A DNA stretch of 64,000 nt from Amoebidium appalachense. Its lineage: Eukaryota > Protista > Ichthyosporea. The translations under genes and the position numbers were made by a program. A model generated the notes under the pieces. It made no database searches and was not told the origin of the DNA. It saw only the letters and a program-made list of their open reading frames with translations. Positions 1 to 18,139 of this stretch are shown here, in pieces; the stretch's first letter is position 1, and every line of letters starts with the position of its first letter. Location: NCBI GenBank assembly GCA_963693365.1, contig CAVNZM010000015.1, positions 496,001 to 560,000 of the forward strand. The letters run 5' to 3'.

Positions 1-7
1 CGCGCAG

Positions 8-587
8 GCATTGACCTGCACTCGTCCATCAACCGGCTCAAGTTCGAGTCCATCTGCAACGACCTCTTTGTGCAGATGCTTAACCCCGTACACGCCATCA
101 TCACGGAAAACGGTACGTGATTTTACGGGAAAAAGGCAGGCATGTGCACGTGCTATATGTCTGAGCGTGTGTGCAGGACATGTGCATGCCTATATAAAAC
201 GATTGTAGTGTACACGTTGATATAGGGGCTCAGGTCGTATCGGTGCACACATCATTAACATTTATTTTTTTTTGATTAAAGGGAGGGGGGGGGGAGGGGG
301 GGGGGGGGGGGGGTCGTCTAGAAAAGAGAAATGGTGTGTGTATGTGTTCAAGCGTTGTCCCTCCGTTTCCGCTTGAGTCTGGGAACAACCACGCTTGCAC
401 CCCTACTAATGACACATGCACGCACACATTCGCATACACACACGCACACCCACACACCTACCGACCCACACACACACCTACCCACACGTGCACGTATACA
501 CACACACACACACATCTGCAGGGTTTTCCTAGTCAGACACACACACACTTATACACCCCACCCACCCACCCCACCCACCTACCCCCC

Positions 588-628
<41 letters not shown>

Positions 629-2609
629 CGCACCATCTCCCCTACCCATGCACACACGTACACCCACACGCACACACACGTACAGGGTTCTCCAAGTCAG
701 ATATCTCGCAGGTGATCCTGACTGGAGGCACCACCAAAATCCCCCGCCTGCAGACCATGCTCGCAGACTACTTTGGGGAGGGCACACCCATCAGTGCTTC
801 AATTGCACCCGATGAGGTCGTGGCGTGCGGTGCCGCTTTGCAGGCTCAGATGCTCTCTGGTCATGGTAGGTGCACCAATGGGGAAAAGCGGTTAAAATTA
901 CTGTTGTTAAAGTGGCTAAAAGGATGTTTTTAAAAGGGAACAAAGGCTGCCTGGCCATGGCGGGGGCCCAATGGAAACGAGCAATATTACTGTAAAAGTG
1001 GTGAAATGGGTGGTAAAAGAAAAGTGGACAAAGGCTGGCTGGGTGTGGTAGGTGCCCAATGGAAACGAGCGGTTAAGTTGGTTAAAGCGGTTACAAAGAA
1101 AAGATTGATTGGAATTGTGAGAGGAAAAAGCGGCTAAAATGGTCGAAGGGGTGGTTAGAGGGACAGATGCTGAGGGGTATGGTGTGGCCAATGGATACGA
1201 ATGTTTGCAATTGTTATGTTGGTTAAATTGGTGGTTAAAGGAACAGATGCTGCCTGGGCATGGTATGTGCCCAATTGAAAAGAGTGTTTAAAATGGTTCA
1301 AAGTAAAAGATTTTTTTTTGGAATGGTTGTCAGAGGAGTGGTCAAAGAGGTATATAGGGTCGCTGGGAATGATATGTGTCGTATAGGAAAACGCGGTTAA
1401 AATTCCTTAAAGGAAAAGATTTTTTAGGATGACTGTTAGAGGGGTGGTAAAAAAGGAACAGATGCTCTCTGATCATGGTATGTGCCCAATAGAAACAGTT
1501 GTCCAGAAAAAACTTAAGTTCGTGAGAAAGAAACGATGTTAAGTTCGTGAGAAAGAAACGATGGGCCGAAGGGATGGATGACGGGTTGGTTATTGAGTTT
1601 TTATGGGGTAATTTCATGGCTTTATATATATCCATAGCCGGACAGCCAAGAATTTAATGTGGTCTATCCAAGCAATTTAATGCATATCTCACATGCGCAT
1701 GAACATCCCCAGTGCACATTTACGAGCACAACGACTACATCGATTGCATGGGTCTCGCCTCCTCCATCGGTGTCGAGGATGCAGCTGGAAATTTCGTCCC
1801 AGTATTTGAACCCCCCCCCCCCCCCCCACCACTCACACACAAAAATGCTTATGATGCACACTTTGAGACAATCATAAGTTAGCATCTATCAAATGAATTT
1901 CTGGTTTGTGTTTGTGTGACGTTTTGTGTTCTTTTTGTGTATTTTTTTGACTGTGATCTGGCTTTTGATGTGTCTTTCTGCATAATCCCTACCCCATCTA
2001 ACATGCATCCCCCTCTCCCTCCATCCCCTCTCTCCTCCTCCCCTCCCCCCCACTCCCTCCCGTTCCACACCTGACTTTTGCCTTGAATAACTTTCATTAC
2101 TAACACCCCCCCCCTCCCCCCGCCCGCCCCCACTCTCTCCCCTGTCCCTGTGCCCTATTTTCATGAGATTGTTGTGTGTTGATGCTTGTTGACCTTTCTG
2201 TCCCCGTGACTTTGTTGCTGTGAGTTGGTGTCTCTAGTAGTTAAAAGAATTAACCCTAATCTTTTCTCTTTTCTACTATTGAATAGTACCATTCAATTAT
2301 ACTCCTATATTTCTAATAATATAGTACTAAATTCTCTCCTCTATTTAATAAATCAATTTAATAACTATTTAAGATTTTTATTAGTACCATTAATTTCAAT
2401 TTGAAACCTCTAAAATTCCAAAACTATCATTTTCTGGATTTAGGATTGTAAATTTCATCTTATATCCTGACGGAAGCTTGGAAAGAAAGAAGAGAAGAGT
2501 AGGGAGCAAGGGGAGAGCAAGTCGCGACTAGAAGAACTCCACTCCCCCACCCTGAACCTTAAGAGTCGTATCCATGATGACTCAGTAAAACACATCCACA
2601 TGTACACGA

Positions 2610-2667
<58 letters not shown>

Positions 2668-3507
2668 GAACACACACGCACACGCACACGCACACGTACA
2701 GGTCCTCCTCCGGAGCACCCCCCTCCCTGTGCGTCAGGTCAAGACCATTGCCAGTGGCGCCTCTGCCCAGGCCTTTGTCTTGAGACTCTATGAGGGAGAC
2801 GATAAGGTAAATCACAACTGGCAAAAACCCACAGTCCTTTTCGCTTTATACCCCAACCTCCCCAACACCACCAAACCAAACCACCATCACCACCACCACC
2901 ACCACCTCGCCCGTGATAGGCACATTCATGCTCATAAAATGAAACTTTAGCGCCCCACTCCCTTTTAGCAGTGGCATACGTTGTGTGTGTGGGTTTTGGG
3001 TGTGTGTTTTTTGTTGTTGCTTCTTTTTTGTGTGGGGGAGGGGAGGGGGGGGATGGGTTGCTGCTGCTTCTAAGGTCTCGGGAAAAGAGGGTGGTTGGAT
3101 TTAGTGTGTTTTGGATCTGAGTGTATGGGCACTATATTCGCACACACGTTCACACACAACTCCTACGTGCACGTACATTCACTCACTCACTCCCTGGCAC
3201 GCTCACTCCATCACTCACTCACACCTGCACACTCACTCACACCTATACACACATACACATATACACACACATTCACATACTCACACACTTACACACGTGC
3301 ACACGTGCACACGTACACACACACACACACACACGTACACACCAGGTTGCCAAGAACAACCGTCTCCTCTGCGAGCTAGCAGCAACCATTCCTGCCGGGG
3401 TCGAGGCGCAACTGTCTGTGACTGCACGCGAGGACGGGGGCTGTCACGTGACTCTGACAAATTCGGCAACCGGTGAGCGCCTGTGCGACCACAACCTTCC
3501 CCATTAG
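8..3507 (+). CDS. HSPA14: Hsp70 family protein, HSPA14/Ssz1 (ribosome-associated complex) type; 3' five exons, 5' part outside window
   Basis: In-phase GT-AG exons 8-112 (IDLHSSINRLKFESICNDLF), 686-865 (QVILTGGTTKIPRLQ...IAPDEVVACGAALQA), 1713-1801, 2702-2806 (STPLPVRQ...LRLYEGD), 3346-3507 ending TAG. Short C-terminus lacks the lid and EEVD, as in HSPA14/Ssz1. Confidence 0.82.
847..1500 (+). repeat. Degenerate tandem array (~7 units, ~80-135 bp) copying the Hsp70 exon end and 5' splice site
   Basis: The true junction cagatgctctctggtcatg|gtaggtgcaccaatg recurs in diverged form at ~941, 1029, 1164, 1244, 1360 and 1458 (e.g. cagatgctctctgatcatggtatgtgcccaatag). Confidence 0.85.
2164..2584. mobile_element. 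AT/TpA-rich intronic insertion, possible solo-LTR or TE remnant
   Basis: Abrupt composition change inside an Hsp70 intron; bounded by TGAG...CTCA; no target-site duplication found. Confidence 0.25.
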
Positions 3508-3680
3508 GAAAGGGCAATTGCTTAATATGGAAGGTGTACAAAAGGCGTGTGTGCACAAACAACCGTCTCTCGCATTAGGGAAGGGGGATTGCCAAATGTG
3601 GAAGGTGTGTGTGTGTGTTAACATAGCCTTCCCTACTAGGAAAGTGTAATTTCTAAAATATGGAAGGCGTGTGTGTGTGT
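3490..3680 (+). repeat. Three ~75-bp degenerate copies of the Hsp70 stop-codon region
   Basis: caaccttccccattaggaaagggcaattgcttaatatggaaggtgt is followed by ...cgcattagggaagggggattgccaaatgtggaaggtgt and ccttccctactaggaaagtgtaatttctaaaatatggaaggcgt. Confidence 0.75.
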
Positions 3681-3893
3681 GTATGTGTTTGGCCTTTTTG
3701 GGAAGGGTGTCGATAGTAGGGGTTAGGAGCTGTGTTAGAAAATTATCCTTTTAAAGATGTGTGTGTGTTGCATCCTATGAGGTTGACAAGGATGCCTCTA
3801 CAGGTTTGGGCATATATTCGATGTTAGGAAGGTACACAACCAAGGGAGTGGTGTGTGCTTGTGTGTGTGTGTTTGTGGTTTTGGGCGGGGCCC

Positions 3894-3928
<35 letters not shown>

Positions 3929-6082
3929 TTGAAGTTCAGACTGTACATAAGGAACATTGTTCGCAGACCCTTATTTATTTCTTCGAACATTATGGTTTTC
4001 ATTGTTTTGTATTTGTTTGTTTTGATTGGCTTGCTTGGCTGTTTGGCTGTTTTGGCAAATTGGATCCAGTATAGACAGAAACTGTTTTATTCAAATTAGG
4101 CATTCACATTTGAGGGTTCAATGGTTGTTTTACAATTAGGGGAATGTCTGTTTTTTTTTGCATTTCCTTTTTGGTGTTTCATTACACATAACACACAGAC
4201 AAGTTGTATCCATAAGCCAGAGAGGCGACTGCATGGGTGCTTTTGATTGGTGAAGTGCTGGCCATTTCACGGGATCTGATTGGCTCCGCTAAGTTTTGGT
4301 ATGTAAACCTATTCATAGTCAATGGCCGTGTGTAGGCGTCTCCCCCCCCCCCCCCCCCCCCCCCTTCCCACACACACACTCACACTCACACTTACACTCA
4401 CACATTCACACTCACACAGTGTGCCACTACCCGCAAGCGTGCCCTCCCCCCCCTCCCCCCTCCCCCCCCCCCCCCCTCTCCCCCCCCCTCATGCTTCACA
4501 CGCATACACAAGGGCACGCATACACAGGCGCACACCGTGACCAATGAACGGAATGAAAGTTTGCAATGGCACGACGGTCGTTCATGCATGTCGCTATATC
4601 ATTGATGTTTTGTGGCTTGATGATGACTGTGCATGCATCACTGTGTGTGAGTGCGTGTTGTGCACTCAGACATGTGTATGTATCTGTGAGTGTGTGTTGT
4701 GCGTGTGCCTGGGTGTTGGTGCCTATGCACGTGCACGTGCACATGCGTGTGCACGGTGTGTTGTGTGTGTGTGTGCGTGTATGTGTGTGCGTGTGGCTGC
4801 GTGTGTACACATGTGGGTGTGCCTGTTTCACGGTACACGCGTATTATGTATCACATGCCACACCGTACGTCCTGTTGTATCATAAGTCACAAGTTGCGTG
4901 TACCACGTGCAGACTTGCATGCCTTGCGTCATATTGTGTACATGGAAGTAAGGTACACGTGTCTTTGTGTCGAGAATTTTCGGCCATTCTAGGCTATCGC
5001 TTTTGCACGGACTCGTGGCTTGCACGTGATAAGAGTAGGAGGCTACATTTTTACCAGTCTATGACTCCTATCATTGAATTTCTTAAGGGGAACTGGAATG
5101 CATATAAATAAGCTACGCATATTTTGATTGGCTTCCTTTCGTCAAATCATTTTTCGTCACTTCTGCAATTTTTTTGCTGTTGCTGGCCGCGGCAGGCTGG
5201 TACTGTCGAGAAGTCCGGGGGGCCCCTACCCTACATACGGGGGGAGCTGTCGGCTGGACCCGGCTGGTGCTAGTTTTGCAACCAGTTCGTTTTCAGTTTT
5301 ACCTACATGCATTTCGAGCAATAATTTTTGTAGCGTTATAATTAACAGTTTTATAAAGGGTACTGTGCGGCATAAATGGCGTTGGTCATTTGGTCTTTTC
5401 AATTGACCTTTTCGCTGCCGTTGAGAGCCCGTGCCAATGTCAATCTATGTCAACATACCACTGACAAGGTCTACCAATCAGGTCTATTTGTAAATTGCTT
5501 TACACTTTACAGTCGCCGTATACCAATCAGATACATCGACATGTAGATCTGTGCATACCATTGATCATACGAGGCTTTTTCATGATCAGCTAGCCCCACC
5601 TAAAATAAGGTGAGTTGGCCTTACAACGCAAAGACTCAAAAGCCTACAAGATGTATAACTTTTTTCCTTCATAAGTTGTAAGGTAAAATGAGGGGATGGC
5701 TTTTCCCCCTGCACCCCTACGTGTTAAAATAACAGGAACATACTAGTCATTACAACATGCAGCTCTGTTACGTGTGCAATCATTCGTGAACCGACTCGTA
5801 AACCGTTGAACGGTCACTGTGAATCATGAACGCACGTGCAACGTTTCTCTAAACTCCGGGCTGTGTAAAAAACGCCATGCACTGGCGGTGCCTTCTAAAC
5901 GTTTTTTACTCACTGTGACATATATTCATTTCGAGATAAGCTCAAGTACAAAACATACCCTCCTCTTGTCGAAGTGAGCACACATGTACAAATGAACTCG
6001 AACAAACAACTTGCCAAACAGCCATGCAATGCATGCTAGTAGCGCAGCGTTATAATACTTGTAACTTTGTGTGTTTTCAGAC

Positions 6083-8822
6083 ATGTATATTCATTTATCC
6101 GCCATTTTCTGGCTTTTGGCCCAAACACACGGCATCTTAGCACTACCAGCACCCGAAAAATGGTTAGACTGCACCGGAATACAGCCGTGGGCACCCGGAA
6201 AAGCCTACGGGGGAGGGGCAAAAGCTTACAAAAACGGCGCTGCGTACGAAGCGTCGTGGTGGGTAACTTCAGACCCAGAAAAGAGCAATGGAAAGTATCA
6301 GGGGTGGGTGAGATTAGGAAAATGCATAAAGACACCAGGTGTGGATTGCACGGGTGTCCCTGTGTGGATGGTGGGAGGAGTGTATGTACACGGGCAGAAA
6401 ACGCAAAAGAACAACGTTGCGTACGAGGCGTCATGGTGGGTGAATACAGACCCTGAGACGAACAGCGGAGCATGGCAGGGGTGGCTACGTTTAGGCACAT
6501 GCGCACAGGCAACTTCTGCTTGTTCCAGCTTTTCTTTAAGCTCGACGTCGGTGGTTCAGGGTGCTTTCATCGACTTTACTACGTATTATTCGTCAACGAG
6601 TACTACCCAGCAAGTAACGAGCAGTTATTATAGTACCCCTACTAGTACTGTATCTATAGCTACAGCTACTAGTAATACTGTTAGCCCTAGTAGTTTTACA
6701 AACAGTGGGGATTCCGAACCTATTACTTCCGCCGCCACCACCACCATTAGCATGAGCTACACTAACGTAATTACCACCACCCCGACCACATCACCTATGC
6801 CAGTAACCACCACAATCGCACTACCCACCGCAACCACCACAACCACCACCACCAACACCCCTAGTAGTGTTGTTAATACCCAAACACAGACCCTCACCAC
6901 ATGCAACACGTACACAGTCTCTAGTCCAGAAACAACCCCAAGCACATCTACCCTCTCTAGCACAATCTCTTCTTCTCCTACAGAATCCTTCATATCCACC
7001 ACAACAACATCTGCATTTGCCACCACTACCACCCTATCGCTACAACAACCTTCCACGTATTCTTCTTTCTCCGAAATTATTACCACCACAACAACTACAC
7101 CGCTGCCGCCGGTTGCAACACTTAGTACCATCCCAACGATTCCAACTGTGTTTTCTACAACTAATAGTTCGCCTCCCACTCCCTCGAGTACATTTACAAC
7201 AACAATCACCCTCACGAGTTCAGTTTCTACCCGTACGAGCTCCATGGGTTTATTCTCCGAATTCACAACGTGGTTTAGTACCCCCACATCTTTCACCACC
7301 AATACACCTTCTGTTGCCACCAACTCGAACTCGGTCACACCTATAACCATCACCACCATTATCACCCTCCTCCCAACATCCATTCTGCCCACAACAACCG
7401 CTGTGACTATCACCATTTCAGCCGAAGCATCAACTGCGAAACCCTCCTCCTCCTCATTTTCCGAACAACTCGCATCTTCTTTTTTTTTCGTCTGTGTTAA
7501 CGTCGTTAACACAAAGCATCGTCACCACATCGACCACCGATGTCAATATACCCACCGTTTACCCAACATCATCAGAATCACCACTCACTACATTGTCAAG
7601 CGGGTTTCAAGCCACACCTACCGCTACCACCACCACCACCACCACCAATGGACCCCCTCCTCCGAATTTCACCACCACCACTAATGGATCCCCTCCTCCG
7701 AATTTCACCACCGCCACTAATGGACCCCCTACTCCGAATTTCACCACCACCACCACCACCAAGGGCTCCATTCTCCAAGGGCTCCATTCTCCTAATTTCA
7801 CCGCCACCACCACCACCACCAGCACCACCACCACTAATGGAACCCCTCTTCCGAATCTCGCAAGCACAACCACTACAACCATCAGCCAAAACTCACCCAC
7901 GGACACAGCACAGGACTTCTCAGACACCGCCGCCGCCGCCACCACCATCACTAATGGACCCCCTCCTCCGAATCTCACTAACACAACCACCACGAATTTC
8001 GCTAGTGCTACCACTACAACCGTCAACGAAAATTCACCCACGGACACAGCACATGGCTTCTCAGACACGATTACCACCACCACCACTACGTCCACCACTG
8101 GTAATGGACCCCCTCTTCCGAATTTCACCAGTAGTGCAACCACTACAACCACGATCAACGAAAATTCGCCCACGGACACAGCGTATGCAAGTGGATTTTC
8201 AGACACGGAAACGGATAACTTTGACACAACAACGACCCCTCTCCTTCCAACTTCCACTACAAGCATTTCCACAACCACATACACAGAAACGCCAGTCACG
8301 TACACTTCTTCGACTATACTCATTCCAACTATTACCGCTGCAACAGACGCCAGTACAAGAACATCTACTCTCCTGCCAACATATTCAACAACTATAACTA
8401 CAACACTAATATCAACCGCGAGTAGTTCAGCTTCTGAGCCTATCACTCGAAATGCCCCCATCACCACCGCCACCACCACCACCACCACCACCACACCAAA
8501 CACACCTAAAAACTTACCAACCACAACAACTACCACCATCAAATCCCCGTTCACCACAAAAGCCACCACTAGAACCGCTACGGCGCCCACCACAACCGCG
8601 TCCAAAATTTCACCTACAATCGTTACGTTCCATTGCTCACGAATGCCGAAGTGGGTTGCCGGGAGAACATATGCAAAGGGTGTGTTTGTTCAGAGAGTTG
8701 GGGTGCTATACCGCGCGCTAAATATCGTGAGATCCGATCCGGCGTATAATGTTGATAGGAAATGGCAAAAGGTGGGATGGTGTGCTGGTGTGGGGAGTCT
8801 TAACAAGTATCTTCGTGGATAA
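6083..8822 (+). CDS. Secreted chitin-binding (CBM5/12, ChtBD3-like) Ser/Thr-rich mucin-like protein; intronless, apparent +1 frameshift in T9 run at 7480-7488
   Basis: Signal peptide MYIHLSAIFWLLAQTHGILA. Two N-terminal modules C..W...Y......V.YEASWWV..DP......W..LG.C. About 700 aa of Ser/Thr/Pro linker with NGPPPPNFTT and ENSPTDTA repeats. A third divergent module at the C-terminus (CSRMPKWVAGRTY...LYRA...SDP...WQKVGWC). Removing one T joins ORFs 6071-7684 and 7494-8822. Confidence 0.8.
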
Positions 8823-10155
8823 TTTAGATGGATTTGTTTGTAGAATGGTGTGTTATTTAAATAAAGGTAATTATAATGCATGGTTGAAATGGTAAATATA
8901 ACAACACGGTGGCGCATATAGCATCATATGACAGGCTTAACGAATATTAATAGCACATTGTCTGAATGAAATTTTGATGCCAACTGAATGCTGGTCTTTA
9001 ATAGGGGTCGATGTATAATATGTATGTTTGGTTTCATTAGGGGATTTAAAGTTCCTAGTAGGCGTATGAAAGTTAAGTGATATTTTTGATGAGTGCAGTT
9101 GATATTACTACTGGGCCATGCGGAAAGTTGAAGTTCAAATTAGTCACCACTACCTAACACGGCTTTTATGTCCAAGTTAGACTAGATATATTACTGCTGC
9201 TAAATGTAAAAGATTTAGACATCTGATGCGTATGTATGTACAGTTTCGTGTTCGTCTCGATAACAATCTCAGTCAAGGCTTCTTAATGATTTATATGTAA
9301 GAGATATTAACAGTGATCTTCAATTGCTGTCCTCAGAGAATGTGCGGCATGGCGAAAGCAAGAGAGCTGGCATAATGACCCCCCCCCCCTCCCCACCGTG
9401 CCTTCCCCAACCCCCCCCCCCCCCCCCCCCCCGTCCTGCCCCACTTACACAAACTCACACACACATGTGCGCACACACACATGTACACACGCCCACAGGC
9501 AAAAGCACACACACACACACCGTGCCTGTCCCTCCGCCCGTCCCCGCTCCACCCTCCCCCCTGCCCCCCCTCCCATACACACACGCTATTATTACCACCA
9601 TTACGAAAATAGGAGGGGAAAGGAAAAAAACACAAAAAAAAAAAACGAAACCACCACCAACACCACCACCACCACCACCACCACCACCACCATCACCAAA
9701 TAAGAAGAAAAAAATACAAAAACAAAGTCCCTTAATGAACGTTGGTTTTGTGTATCTCTCTAATTTCATGTTGGCATGATAGAGATAACTTTCTAGCAAT
9801 CAAAGAACGAAAGAATTTTACACACACACACACCGTGACGGCAAAAACACACACGTGCGCGCTGTTTCGAATCCCTTCCTCCCTCCCCCCCCCTCCCCCC
9901 CCCCCCCCCCCCCCTCCCCCTCCCCCCTTGGGCTGGGCACAAAAAGGCAAGGAAATGCCCTCCGAGCACATACAAAGATACATGGGTGCACACACCAGCA
10001 GGAAAAACGGTGTTCCGAGGTCTAAGAGTAGGAAGGAGAAAGAAGCGTCTGGAATGGTGGTGGTGGTAATGTGGGTGTTTTATTTTTATTTTTTATTTTC
10101 AGTTTATTTTTTTCGGAGGGGGGAAGGGGGGGGGGGGGGGAGGGTTGGGGTGGGT

Positions 10156-10189
<34 letters not shown>

Positions 10190-10221
10190 TTACGAGTGCC
10201 TGTGTATGTTTGTGTGGTGGG

Positions 10222-10261
<40 letters not shown>

Positions 10262-10357
10262 TTCCCGTGGGGAGGAGGGGGATGGGGGGATGGGGGGGAT
10301 GAGCGGAGAGGGGGGTGGGGGGGGGGAGGGTGTGTGTGTGTGTGGGTGTGTGTGTGT

Positions 10358-10404
<47 letters not shown>

Positions 10405-11092
10405 AGGAGGGGGGCAAGGGGGGAGGGAAGGGTGTTGGTGGGGGGAGCGGGGGAGGGGGGAGGGGGAGGGGACTGGGGTGAGGGGGGGAACAGCTTCGAA
10501 TCAACGAAATTTCGCTAGCGACAAAAAGGCGATTCTTTTTATAGAAACTGTAGGCCGATTCTCAGCATTTTTCACTTGTTACAACTGATTAAGTCGACTG
10601 GTAATTAGATGATATCTCATAATGGCAAAAAGAACAAGAAATCGTTAAACCCAATTTGCAATTAACGTTTACTAACAATGTCGCACATTGCAAAAGTCTT
10701 GTTTTTACCCCATATTAAAGTACTCTGCTCACGGGAACAACACATTTCGCTTGAAAGAATTCAGTTTGCGCATTTTTATGGCACTATTGTAGACTAGGCG
10801 CCTGTACTCTGCAAGCATCACCGTTTTCCGTATACCGTCTTACGGCAGTCAAAGTTTAACCTATTTGAAAACCAAGCACAAAATCAACAATACATCCATT
10901 TCAATATTTCGTTCCTGATCTACTAGTTTCATCCGAACACAGTAATTTCCACTTACTCCTATCCCCGTTAAACTTTCAATCAGAACTCCCGTTTAATCAC
11001 ATTTCATCTAAACCTCAAACTTTGATCATTCTTCCATCCCCGTCAACACATCAAACCACCCATAATAATTCCATTTCAATTTAATCTTAACT

Positions 11093-15509
<4,417 letters not shown>

Positions 15510-16813
15510 GTTTTTTCTTTCGCTCTTTCGTTGCCTTCTCCCCGTAGTTTCGATCCAAAATCTCTGTCTCTCTCTGTCTCGTGCAGTAGGAAAGAAGTAT
15601 CGTTTCCTTCTGATTTATCTTTCTCGTGCGTCAGTTTTCTTCCTTTCTCGTTTCTTTTTTCTTTATCGTTTGGTCGTTTTCCTTTGTATGTCTTTCGATA
15701 TCACTTTTGTGCTGTGGTTTATGTTTTTTTGTTATCCGCGCTCGAGTCGTTTCGATGGCGTTGTCTTAGAAACTGAACGGTGGGAACCAATTATGAATGT
15801 CGTTTTTATAGTCCAAGTGAAGCCGTAGGAATGTGGGGGATATGCATTGGCAAACATTGGAAATCTAGAAAATTCAAAAAATTGTGTTTTCCTGCTCAGC
15901 CTGGCAGCCAGCAGATATGCGGCACTTATGTACTTCCTTAAAAGATTCGGCACCGTGGTTCCTGTAGAGCAAGTCCTAAGCACACAATCAAGGGACAAAC
16001 TTATACATTTCATACGGCACCTATAACGTTTATGAAGACTTTATGCCACTGTAGGATCCCATAAAAGAAAAATGATCAAGAATCAACTCGTATGTAATTA
16101 CTGATTTATCCAACATTTTGAAGCGGTTTCCGCGAAGTACAGGTCCATTCCACAGCTTCCCATGTTGCTTTCCAGAAGGAAACACCTGCCATAACAGAAA
16201 AATGTTGGCGGCCTCTTTTCATTGGTGTTTAAACAAAAGTCAATCTTCGCAACTCGCACATGCCCACAAAGGAATGCAGCACGCCATCTTAAACCTCTTT
16301 TGATTGGCAGAAAGTCAGCGGCCACGGCGGCATGATAGCGGCCAAGGCGCAGTTACGTAACTGTCGTCAGGCTTCGAGAGGGAAACCAATGCTTTGCCAG
16401 TGACGTGTCCGAACTGTGCAGAACGAAACGTGCCCGGCCAAGAAAGGTAAGTTTGTAAATCTGTATGTGCTGTATTCTCATTTTCAGCCAGCTATTTCTT
16501 AGTCACCATGTTCTTTTCACTTGTTTAACGCACACTTTTTTCTAGAGTTGGTTAGCTAATACTAGAGATTGTAAGGTTTACGCTGTTTACTCGAGGCAAA
16601 GAGAGACCAGTCTCAGGTATGGGGGGGTTTTTGCTCGGAATATCCCCTCAGCGGTATATCATGATCAATTACATAGATGTCGGGTGATGATTATATATCA
16701 GGGTTTACTTTCTCTACGAGGCACCATAAAGACTAAGAAAACCAATTAGTTGTGTTCCCCGTTTTTTTTTTGTTTTTTTTTTCTTTTTTTTTTCCGGGCT
16801 CCCGGTATCAGCT

Positions 16814-16935
<122 letters not shown>

Positions 16936-17006
16936 AGAATTTTGTAATGATGTGTTTCTGAAGCCAATCAATACATCTAATAAACAGGTCATTGTTACGC
17001 GTGTTT

Positions 17007-17669
17007 AGTATAAAATCAAGGATGTTGTAATTTTCAGGTTGGCTATCTTTCTGGGTGTCTGTTGTGAATGTGTCGTGTGTGTTGCGGTATTATGTGGTCT
17101 GTCAAACTACGTTTGGCGATACATGATCGTTTAACGTTAAACTGGTGTGTGTGTGTGTTGTTTGGGCATGTAAACGATGCCACCTTATACTTATTAGATC
17201 TCCACTGTATAGCACGTGTACAGTAAAAGCGTGGTAATTGATCAATAATACCATCAGCTAGAGAAAGACCAGTTCTACAGGAAGGTAATATGTAATCCGA
17301 GTGACTATGTACATGAAACCTCGATATCGTCCAACAAGTTCCAGATAGATCGCCGCATGTGTGCATGCATGTCACTTCGTGCACATGGTCGCTACCACCG
17401 ATATGGCGTGGGTGTGTGGGCGGCACCTCAGGCTAGTGCAAATATCAAATGTGATGGTGGTGGAGTTTGCCGAAGGCAGGGAGACGGGACCGTCAAAGGG
17501 AATGACTGATACTCTGCAGGTCAGAAGGAATTCGAAGGAAGGCGGAGGATCGGAAGGGGAGGGGGAGCGTTAGGGAGGGGAGGCGAGGGGAGGTTACGGG
17601 AAGTTAGGGCAGGGGAGGGGAGGTTAGGGGAGGGGAGGGGAGGGGAGGGGAGGTTAGGGGAGGGAAAGG

Positions 17670-17703
<34 letters not shown>

Positions 17704-18103
17704 GGGGGGGGAGGGCGCTGCAGCATGCTTCCCGGGGGTGAAACGTTTCGTTTTGAAGTTGCCCGAAGTTCAGCTGCAGCCGAGCCATGCGCCTGTTTGG
17801 CACGGCGCCAAGATCTTCGTAGGCATCAGTCACCTTCCTGTTAACACAATGTAGTAGCAAAACGCATTTTTCAATATTAAACCTTTGAAGTTTATGAAGA
17901 TTGTCAGAAGATTGTATGTGATTTGTAGCATTCCCCCCCCCCAAAAAAAGAAACATCCACACGGTCCACACCGGCCTCACAGGCATAAGCACGTGCACAC
18001 CGCGTGCACACGTGTACACACACACACACACACACAAACACACGCGCGTGCGCGCGCACACACACACCGTGGCAGACACACATATGTGTACACACACACA
18101 CGT

Positions 18104-18139
<36 letters not shown>

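Noticed and set aside
6757-8605. Long Val-rich antisense ORFs
   Set aside because: They are shadow frames of the Thr-rich mucin coding sequence.
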